A stretch of DNA of 64,000 nucleotides from NCBI GenBank assembly GCA_030141605.1, contig JAQGDQ010000687.1:1-64000 (forward strand), read 5' to 3'. The stretch comes from Tubiluchus corallicola (Eukaryota > Animalia > Priapulida). Position numbers and translations under genes: made by a program. Numbering within the stretch: the stretch's first letter is position 1; each line of letters begins with the position of its first letter. The notes beneath the pieces were generated by a model. The model saw nothing but the letters and a program-made list of their open reading frames with translations, did not search any database and was not told the DNA's origin. Of this stretch, positions 54,130 through 64,000 are shown piece after piece.

Positions 54130-55275
54130 ACTTACGTATTACGTTGTTTGTCGACAATACTACTATTTTATAAATGTTAAAACAAACAATGGAAGTCATA
54201 GAAATACTACACTGTCAACGCTGTTAACTTGGTTTAAAGGAAACAAAACAATTTCAAATCTTAATAAAACCAAATGTATCATGTTCCGCCCAAAAAATAA
54301 ATGTTTAATAAATAATTCAAATCTTTCAGTTGATATCAGATTTGAACATCAAACAAATGAAAAATAAGTTTTTTTGGTGTTATTTTGCATGAACACTTAC
54401 AATCTAATTTGAAAAATTAATTTACAATAAAAAGTGATAGTAGTCAAAATTGTCTAAAATATCGGTATAATTTCTTATATGAAAAATATTCTTTGAAAAC
54501 GAATACTTATTTACCTTATATAATTCACTAATTCTTCCCTACTTAAATTATTCTTCACTTCCCCAGGGTTCAACTTATATAACCAACTTAGAACCACTGC
54601 AAAGGCTCTACAGTTACAACATAAATTCATTTGCTGTTTCTTTGGTGTCATTAAATTTACAACTGTCTCTTGCTTTCATTTTAAAATATTAATGATATAG
54701 TTAAATACATCATTGTTTTATTTGTTAATGTACAAAATTAAAAACAAAATGCTTCCATTTCTTATGAAACCATTAAAATTTTGTGAGAAATGCAATGATA
54801 CCAGATTCAATGAATGTGTCAGTTTTTGCAGAACAACTTATATTCTAAGGATCTAAATTGTGGAACACATTGCTTGGTATCATCAAGCATGTAACAAATC
54901 TTCACAGATTTAAAACTTGCTTAAACAGCACTTATTATAAATTCAGATTGAATCTGGCTAGAACAAATTATGAATATGCTGTCCGTTTACTGTTCTACCC
55001 ACTGACAAGAATCCTTTTAAAATAATTTTGTTATCACTGGGAACATAATTACTCATCATCCACTTCTGACATTCATCATTCACTCATTCCTTTCCGTTAT
55101 TTGTGCTTTCCTTCTTTATGTAACAACACAACATTATGTAACAAAAATACGTATCCCAGTAGATCATTGGTGGTCTGCGTTTGGGCCTTGATCACCGATG
55201 ATCTACTTGGATACGTATTTAATATCTTAACATTCTTTGAAAATAACAAATTGTTTTCGTTCAATAACAATAAAA
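54130..55275 (+). mobile_element. Degenerate L2/Crack-type LINE 3' fragment (post-RT region and 3' UTR)
   Basis: WFK.N...LN..KTKCIMFRPK, FFGVILHEHL, YNSLILPYLNY and KLWN.L motifs; 3' hairpin at 55145-55220. Confidence 0.8.
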
Positions 55276-55289
55276 TTAACAGTAACGAC

Positions 55290-55882
55290 CATTGGTCCAG
55301 GAACTCACTGAACAGAGTGTGGATGAGAAATCTGGCTACGTCAATAGATGCGATTTTTGTTCTAATATCTCATTTGCAGATTTAGATTTACGTTTAGGCT
55401 TTTAGGTATTTTTAGAAAATGATGACAATGCTGTCATCTTGAATTCAATATGGCAAAACAAAAACTCGACTCTGTATAATGTTTCGATCCTGACAATCCA
55501 TTGCAAAAAGGATGTGTAAGTTTTTTTCCAAAAAAATATGTTATTGCTTCTATCTTGAACTTAGGATAGTAGATCAAAAATCCGCCTCTGCTAGCCATTG
55601 CGGAGTTCATGCTAGTATATTCCCGCAAAGTTTCGAAACAGATCCATTGCAATTTGGCAGAACGATGTGTTTTTTCGAAAATGAGGTTGTCGCCTCCATC
55701 TTGAATTCAAAATGTCAGTCGATGCAGAATTCGTTCTAGTGCATCATCGTGAACTTTCATCATGACAATCCATTGGAAAATTGGCGGGGCCTTGCTAGTT
55801 CTTTTCAACAAGTCTACCCTCACACCAAGAACAACAACAACATCCAGAAAAGTAGCAATTTAGGTCGAAACTTCGATCAAAA
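55290..55882 (+). mobile_element. HINE-like repeat, family B copy 2
   Basis: attggtccaggaactcactga, catcttgaattcaa subrepeats, aacaacaacatccagaaa and ggtcgaaacttcgatc 3' hairpin; homologous to 41640-42425. Confidence 0.7.
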
Positions 55883-56448
55883 ACTACATTCTTGCTCTAT
55901 ATACTTGAATGACAGACTACGGAGCTTCTCTGCAATTCTTATAGGTGAGTCAGATAACATTTCACATCTTCTTGTGGTGATTTTGGCTGCATGTGTTCTA
56001 ACCATAAACAAAGGCAGTTGCACATTTGCACAGTTCTTTTTGAAATAATTAGTGCACTAAGTCCTACAAATAAAAGTTTCCTCGAGAGCCAGTAACAGTT
56101 CATATTTCCTCTAATTGATGGGAAAATAAAAAAGTTAATCTTATTCAAGCAAACGCTATTTGTGAGAACAGGTCTACACACACTGTTGAGAAGCTCACTG
56201 TTGAACTGGACCAAACTGAAATTTGAAAAGAAACTTGACGACTGGCAAACTAAAACCAGGACTACATTTAGCTTCCACTAATATTTTTCACAAGTTGCAT
56301 GCCGATGTGACCAAACCACCCTGTCTCTCTTAGCTGTCACATCATTAATTTTGTTGATGCTGTATACTTTGTTATTGAGACAAATAAAATTGTTCTGTAT
56401 TCTGTGAAGCCGTACAATGCAGGACCTGCAGTAATTATGTGGTAAACA

Positions 56449-56706
56449 GCAGGGCCGGCCTTAGGTAATTGTAGGCCCTAGGCGAAGTGAATTTGGTGGC
56501 CCCAAATGAAATAGAAAAATAAAAAATAAATACGAAAAAAATAAAATTATTTTTATTAAAAACTACCTGTATTTATATCTAAATCAACAAATAACTGAAA
56601 TTTATACAAACATATTCGGGCAGATGTCATAAACCTTCAACAAAAATCAACTTTTCGTGCTTTGATGGCAGCAAAGTCTGCAATAAATTGTGAATAATCC
56701 AGAGAC

Positions 56707-56782
<76 letters not shown>

Positions 56783-56940
56783 GAGGGAGGGAGAGAGACA
56801 GACAGGGAGAGAGGGAGACAGGCAGGGAGAGAGAGAGACAGGGAGGGAGAGAGGAGGCAGTATGTTCGCATAAAGAAAAAAAGTTACCTCGGCGTGAGGC
56901 CCCCCCCCCTGGAGGGTGAGGCCCTAGGCGGCAGGGTCAA
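56449..56940. mobile_element. hAT-like MITE containing a (GA)n microsatellite
   Basis: Starts CAGGGCCGGCC; ggccctaggcg motif repeated at both ends; (GA)n at about 56708-56778. Confidence 0.6.
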
Positions 56941-57397
56941 ATAATTTTGAGAATAAAACAATTGCTGCAATCAGGCAGAATCAACATACAGTAATAACCA
57001 ATAATCTCTAAATGTTCAAGCAGGTTTTTGCACATTTTACTAACGAATTATATTGTCTTGACTAAATTACATAAAATTATTATTAATAATTATTAGGTTA
57101 TGACTGTGAATGCCAGAAATGGACAGGTTTAATGAATTTTTTTTAAACACAGCTGCGCGCGATAAGAGAGTACACATTTCAGACAAGGCACGGTGCACTT
57201 CACGTGATTTCCCAATCAGCGGCGCATTATCATGGATGCTTCCTTCATTAAAGTTCATTCTATCTAAGTGAAATTCGGAACCTTTTTATCTAAGCTTTTA
57301 CTAAATATATGCCAACCTGTGTCCATTCCATAAATTTTGATAGATTTTTATTAATCGCGACGTATTGGTGTTGACATTTTGATATGTTGTTGCTGCA

Positions 57398-57427
57398 ATG
57401 TTCGGTGTAATAGTTGCTGGTCGTTTG
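57398..57427 (+). CDS. HIKESHI: Hikeshi (Hsp70 nuclear import carrier; OPI10/C11orf73 family), exon 1
   Basis: MFGVIVAGRL then donor GTAATT (human MFGCLVAGRL|VQT). Confidence 0.9.
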
Positions 57428-57847
57428 GTAATTAAAGTAGACATATGGGATAGTGTTGTACTGAACTGTGTTAGAAGCGTTTTTATATATTTCAGATTCC
57501 TTACCGCTAATTTCGTAAATGGGTCGTCCCTCGCTGCATTTTCAACATGTTAATGCTTGATACAATTTTTAGAAAAGCGTTGTAATAATATTTGCAGAAC
57601 ATGGCGAGCACCAGCCGCCATCACTTCTGTGTGAGTGAGTGGCCACCAATGGAGTTAAGGACCGTTTAGACAATCATTTTTTCATCAAGCTTCATCACAA
57701 AAACTGACATATTCAGACTCAGCATCCAATAGCGTCACTCACTCGTGGCATTACGTCGATTGTTCTTTTTCATGTTGGGATCTTTAAATGACATCTAGCT
57801 CTACTGTGAAACTTAAATCTGTTCCAGTGGTTATTTTACAATGGGAC

Positions 57848-58476
57848 TAGGGTGGCTAGATTAGAAAATTAGAAATGGGACACTCTTAAAATCTCTCTAT
57901 ATTACTATATATATATATAAATTTGTACATGCCTACACACCTATCCCAATATGTTATATAAAAATCGAGTTAAAAACATAAAGCAAGGATTTTAATGCAT
58001 TAATGGTGAAAACAAAAGTAAAATCATTTGAAAATATTTAATACAGACAACAGAGAAATGTTATTATTATTTAAGATAGGCAATATAGATAACTAATTTA
58101 CTGAAGAAGTGAAATCATTGCAAAATTCTTATTCGATAGAGGCAATGTAAAAATGTAATAGAAAATAATTTTGAACATTATTGTTTAATATATAAAATAA
58201 ACCAAAAATTTGCTTAGGCTGGAAAGCAAAACTGTGACCAAAGCAACTGCAACAGGCAGCAAACACGTCAGTTTTGTGTAAACTTCTAGCAACACGAGTT
58301 TCCTTATTAAAACTAAGAACTGTAAAAAGGTTGTAAAAATATAATTTTTATTATGAAATTTGAAAATAACCTAAATAAGGGACATTTGGGTGTCCCTGAA
58401 AGGTCAGTACAGAACAGGGGACAAAATTGTCAAATAAGGGACATGTCCCATATATAAGGAATGTCTGGCAACTCTA
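57848..58476. mobile_element. hAT-like MITE in Hikeshi intron 1
   Basis: TIR-like tagggtggctaga / tctggcaactcta and multiple subterminal gggaca motifs; TSD not conserved. Confidence 0.6.
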
Positions 58477-58629
58477 GATTGAACATCGGGTTTACTGTGG
58501 AAATTGAACAAACATTAAAGTACACATGTCCTTCAGATTGTTCTCATTGGATAAAATTTCTAAAAAGTAATTTTATTTGTTCTTAATTTTGTCATTTTGT
58601 CATCCAGCAAATGGTATAAATATACGATG

Positions 58630-60600
58630 GTCAGGATTGTTTAATGTTGCCTGATACTGGAACCTGGAGTAGGCATATAAAAATGAACTGAATTATTCTA
58701 TTAATAGTAAATATAAGATAAACTGCACAGATGCTAAAGCAGAAATTGAGGATCTATGTTTAGAAATATCAACATCAGATAAAACTAAAGGTGTACTATT
58801 TGCTGTATTCTGTTGCCATCCGAATACCCCAACTCTTACATTTCTGAATGAATTAGAATGCCTGTGTAGAGCTATTTCCTAATCAAAACAAACTTGCTAT
58901 CTGTGTGGAGATATCAATTTTATTTTATTGTAGTGCGAGGAATGAGTTTTTGTTTCCAGTTATCTAGACATGCTATTCTCTGCCTAATTCTATGCTCTAA
59001 TTACCAGGCCAAGCAGATCAGGCTAATACATTAATTGACCATATTTATACAAATAATACTGTTAACACATTGATTTCAGGATTTAAATTTTATGAAATAT
59101 CAGATCATCTGGCCATCTTCATAATTGTTAAATGTTCAGGTCTGCTTAGAGAGAAAAATACCAAAACTGTTGGAATTAAATCACACTTTTATATTGCTTT
59201 GTTTGAAAATAACACAAGCACAAGAATGGCTAATTCAAATTTCTCTAGCTTAGGAACAAATGAAACATTTGACATATTATTTGAGATATTTGCTTCTGTT
59301 CTTAATTAACACACATCATTAAAGACTTTGACAAGAAAAGAATCACTTACATTTTCTAAGCAATATATTACACCTGGCATTCCCGCTTTGATAAAAACAC
59401 AAAGTAAACTTTATTCTATGCACAAACCTTCCAATAGTTATATAAAATAAGTCACTATAAAAAATTCTGAAATAAGCTTAATCATGTTAAAGAATTATCA
59501 AAGAAAAATTATAACACCCAGCTTCAGAAGGAAAACAAAAACGACATGAAGAATATTGTCTACTTTGAATGGTCTCATATCCAGTAAAAAAGCAGTGTGT
59601 AATACCCTATAAAGTTAATAATAATAATGGAGGTGATGTGGTTGATAAAGCTGAAACATGCAACTTGATGAATTATCACTTTGCTTCTGTTAGCCTGGAT
59701 GCAAATCATGACATACTGTAACAGACGGGAACACACTACACCTCTATATTTTAATCTCAACATTCTAAAACTTCGAGACATTTATTAGCTTGACCTGGCA
59801 AAGTTTACGTTCAAATTTAACCACCAAATGTTGCCATCTTTCTTCTCAAATTATTACACCGCCGCTCCTAGTGTACATCGTTACCCAACTAAATATGCAC
59901 ATAGCCAATCATATTGTATTGAGAGATTCGGCACTAATACAGGCCAAGACTCTCTAAGAATTTTGAATTTTGAGTGCCAAATGAAGTAACATCAGGGTCT
60001 TATTACAACTTGGTTAAAATGTATAAAAGGATCTTAGTTTTACAATATAATAAAGATTAGTTTACACTACTACCATTTAATTACATCATTTAGCGTGCTA
60101 TTTATTATTCTTTTGTTTATTTTGGCATCTTTTGTTGTTGTTCCTTATATAGTTATATGTGATACTAGTGATCAAATTGTTTTGTTTTGTGTTATATTTG
60201 GTTTTGATTTATTATTTTGTTGCTTGGGCAAGTTCTTCAACTATGTTTTCAATTTTGATATTTGTCTGAGTTTTGTTTACGTTAGTGAATCAAATTATTT
60301 TCATTTTTGTTATATTTTAGTTTGATCTCGTATATTATTTTACTTTCTTGCCCAAGTTCTTCATTTTCGTTTTGACTCAGATTATGTTTGACTTTTGCTT
60401 ACAAGTTCTTGATTTTCTTTTGTTTTGTATTTTTATACAGAGAGTTATTGTTTGTCATATTACGGTTTATTTTTCTAAGCATAAACTGTAAATACCCTAT
60501 ATAAAGTAATCAGTTGCAACAAGTTATTATTGTTATAGGGGCAGCTGACCTGATGACCGTATGCTGCCTTCACTGCCCCTTCTCCGTTACATAATTTTTT
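58630..60600 (+). mobile_element. Degenerate, internally deleted L2/Crack-type LINE (APE to C-terminus and 3' UTR)
   Basis: GVGI, CGDIN, LITRPSR, LIDHIYTN, ISDHLAIF, YITPGI motifs, then a jump to the C-terminal LF..LNILK...LP..F..YY; 3' hairpin ggggcag..ctgcccc. Confidence 0.8.
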
Positions 60601-60951
60601 TATTATAATAGTACAGAAAAAGTGTTTTGTGGAGAAAAATAAAATCAATTGAATTATATTGGAGGATAGAAAGAGTAGTAACACAAAGTAAATTCTGACA
60701 TTGTTTGCAAAAGGAAAATTATGATTTTGCTGTATTGCTTTCTACTAATCAACTAAACAGTTTGCGACAGTACGTGTTATACAGGCATTGATTAATTAAA
60801 TTTGTATCATGGTTTCCACCGAGCTTCTTGCAATAAACAGTAAAACACTGCAGGTGTGACATAGGCATGTAATTCAAATATTGTAGCAACGCCTGAATTT
60901 TGAACTTAGAAAATCAGACTGTAACTTCTCTTTTCCCTTCTTCTTTGTAGC

Positions 60952-61436
60952 CAGTGGCAGTTTGTGTATAGGTACTGTGGAACTGCAGCATCCCCTATTT
61001 TCACTCAGTATCATCGATAATATTCAGTATAATAAGTTTTTTAGTTCTTTCTTTTTGTACGGAACCAGAGCACGTGAGGGTAGCACTGTTTCCTTCGAAT
61101 CCCAGCACAGTACGCTCTAGCAGTGCAGTGTTTGGCTGTTGTGCACATGCAGCCATGCGCACATGTCTGAGCCTAGGTAAAGAAAGTACTGTCGCTCACA
61201 CAGTTTGTTGTCAGTTGTAACATGCTTACCATGAGTAGATCAAGCTTGAACTGCGACAATTTAGGCTATTAATAAGCAAAAAAAATTCTTGTTTTGGATT
61301 TTTCAAGTTTGTGCATAAACTTTCGTATGTTTGTTTGTTTAAAATTACAAATTGCAACATTAAAATTACATATGTTTGTTTTGTTTTACACAGTATTAAA
61401 ATAAGGCTAAAACATTTTAGCTATGAGCCACCACTG
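60952..61436. mobile_element. hAT-family MITE with a perfect 8-bp TSD
   Basis: TIRs CAGTGG / CCACTG; TSD TTTGTAGC at 60944-60951 and 61437-61444. Confidence 0.9.
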
Positions 61437-62861
61437 TTTGTAGCTATTTTTATATCCAAATTTTTTTAGCTCTTTTCCTGTTTCTTGTTTGTAATCCCAC
61501 AAGGTAGCAGAATAACAACAAAACACATTTGTTGCATGTTTGCACCTTAATTTGATTGAGAGACTGACACCCCTTGCTGAATAGTTGTTTCTAGAGTTAA
61601 CAGAGTAAAGCTTGATGTCATCTAAACTCGCATCAATTTTTAGACTGACAGTTTTTGTTAGTCAGTTTTAGCTGGACAGTTCAAAAATTGATTGCATAAA
61701 TGGACCATTACTACTAACTTGAAATGGCTAACATGTTAACAAAATCACAAAATACGTGAATAAATCAAACGGTAATGCTCGTTTATAGATTGGAGGAGTT
61801 TGCAAGAGATTAGAGATGTCTATGTAGAGAAACTAAATATTGATGTTGTTCTTATCCTTACATCACGGAAGTAGTTTTCTTTTATTTTATCTCTTAAATG
61901 TAAAGAAAAGGATGCATCAAAGAGGGCTATCTGGGAACCACATTTTTATAATTAACGATCTGTTTATATACGTGAGAAATAATATAAAGAGTCTAAAATA
62001 ATTATCTTTACTTTGTTGGTGGCTAAAAAATAAGCTGCTTTATCAGCCAGATGTTATAATGCCTGCCTTTATTAAGCCAGATGCCTGCTTTCTAGGATGT
62101 CATGAGTTCACTACCGTGTGATTCGAAAGGCTTTAAAAATGGTACCTGATTTTGCCTTGCCAGACTCATGGTATTTAGGGTAAAAGTGGGATAATGTTAA
62201 TCTCTGTTATGTAGGTGTAGTTTGTTCTTTACAGTTGGGGATAAAAGCCTCTTGACAGACTTACATTGTCTGTTGAGTTTAAAGCCCACTTTAAATAAAG
62301 AACATCACTATTTTGTAAGTGATACCATTAATACATTTATAAATGCGCAATCGTCATTAATGAAATATTGAACTATTCATATTATAGAATTTTCTTCAAA
62401 GCGTTTTAATTGTTTGGTTGATGTTTGGTTAAATGTTTTAGCAGACTAAAACGAGCATGAAGAAATATTGTGTCAAATAAAAAATTTAATGTTCTTGCAA
62501 GTAAGCATGTAATAAGTAAAAGCTATAAGGAATGTTAAACTGTGGAGCAACAGAACTTGTTTCTGATAAATCTGATAACTATTACCTGATTACTGGCTCA
62601 AGAAGCCACATATAAGGATTAGCAAACTAGTTTATTTACTATTGCAATTGCTAGGGAATTTTCAGTGGTATACTTAGTTTTATTTATAGCTTACTTGATG
62701 GAATTGCTGTGCATTGAAAATCTTACTTCGTGAAAAAAGATTATGCTGAGCCTGCGAGTGGGTAAAAGACATATAAATGTAGTATTGTGTAATACATGTT
62801 AATTACTTTGAAGTAATGATTTCCTGATGAACCAACTTACATATTGTATGTGTTTATCTAG

Positions 62862-62991
62862 GTTCAGACTGAATTTCAACAGCTGAGTGAGACACAGTTT
62901 GTATTTAATGTTCCTGATGCTAATGATATTAATCATATCGTAGTATTTCTCACAGGTGTTCAACCATTTCCTGCGACTCATGGTGGTGCTG
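62862..62991 (+). CDS. HIKESHI: Hikeshi exon 2
   Basis: VQTEFQQLSETQFVFNVPDANDINHIVVFLTGVQPFPATHGGA; CTAG acceptor, GTAGGT donor. Confidence 0.95.
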
Positions 62992-63312
62992 GTAGGTGAA
63001 TTTTCATGGTACTGTGTAATGTAATTTATTTCTGCAACTTAGTTTGGCATTTAGCAATTATTTGAGCTACATTCCTGCATTTCACTACAGCAATTTAGGC
63101 AACCGTATCCCACAGCGTCGTTGGTAACTAGGACACATTAGAGTGCTTTTAATCTGTGTAACTGGAATTCTAATGCCAATGCAGGACTATACTGCTTAAT
63201 TACTGTTGTGGTTCATGGCTGATTTTTAAGAAAATGTTTAAGCACTTTACTGGTAAAAGTTTAATGATTTTGATTATTTGTTTACTACATTAATATATAT
63301 TGTTGTTTACAG

Positions 63313-63420
63313 TGTATTTTAGCTTGGCAGATCCAACTGGCATGGCTGGATGGCAGCTGTTAGGCCATATCACAAACCAGAAACCGAGTGCCATTTTCAA
63401 AATTGGAAACTTAAGTAAAG
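63313..63420 (+). CDS. HIKESHI: Hikeshi exon 3; gene continues beyond the window
   Basis: (V)[35 protein letters not shown]; conserved W.LLG..TN.KPSAIFK. Confidence 0.95.
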
Positions 63421-64000
63421 GTAACTAAATTCATTTGCATAATTTAGACATTTTACTGCTGAGAATATTCTTGGTTGGTATACTTCAAAGTTTCTTTTAA
63501 TTTCCAAATCAATTTTCTGCATTATTGTTCTGTACGCTTTCTAAATGGCTTCCATTTTTGTCTTGCAGTTTTATGGCTACATCTTTAAATATCTAGTAGC
63601 AATTGCATGTAATTGCACTTCAAACATTGTTTAATGTTTTTCGTGAAAAATACATAATGCTCGTCAACAATACAAAATTTGAAACCAAATAAAAATCAAT
63701 TAGAGGTGACAGGTCACTTTTTCAAAATATTATGGCTTCTTCAAAATGGTGTAAGACAGGTAAATCCTTGGTCACATTTCATTTTGGTTAATTAAGCTAC
63801 AAATCTTGAATGCAATGTAATGTAATAATTGGTAAAAGACAGATGCAGTTTTCAGACGCACCTCTTGTAACACAGTCGGAGATATATATGGTTTTCCATT
63901 GGAAATTCTAAAGCATGACCTTGGCCACCCTTTAACTGTCTGGCAAGATCATAAATTGTCACATACATAGTTTCAAAAATGCACTTTCAGGAATTGATGA

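Noticed and set aside
56647-56944. RE-repeat and LS-repeat ORFs
   Set aside because: Translations of (GA)n inside a MITE

Overview
AT-rich eukaryotic (metazoan, most likely invertebrate) genomic DNA with GT-AG introns. It is not prokaryotic, so most entries in the ORF track are spurious and the real genes are spliced. I could reconstruct four protein-coding genes by hand: (1) exon 1 of TRMT13 (tRNA m4X 2'-O-methyltransferase; - strand, 2891-2748, rest not found in the window); (2) a complete 5-coding-exon FAXC/fax metaxin-GST-like gene (- strand, 25564-21623, 319 aa); (3) an unannotated 2-coding-exon secreted 122-aa cystine-knot-like protein resembling a stripped-down bursicon/glycoprotein-hormone subunit (+ strand, 40828-49812); (4) the first three exons of Hikeshi (+ strand, from 57398). 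The rest is mostly decayed mobile DNA: a near full-length PHD-APE-RT LINE with a distant ORF1, CR1, L2/Crack-like and Rex1/Babar fragments, hAT and Harbinger MITEs, Helentron-like (HINE) repeats, a foldback inverted repeat, a possible solo LTR and microsatellites. The best novelty candidates are the cystine-knot-like gene with an altered Cys pattern, a CPFS (CLIC/DHAR-like) motif in FAXC, an in-frame alternative exon in Hikeshi intron 1, and an orphan TATA/Inr transcription unit near 8.5 kb. All family assignments come from motif recall, not database searches.
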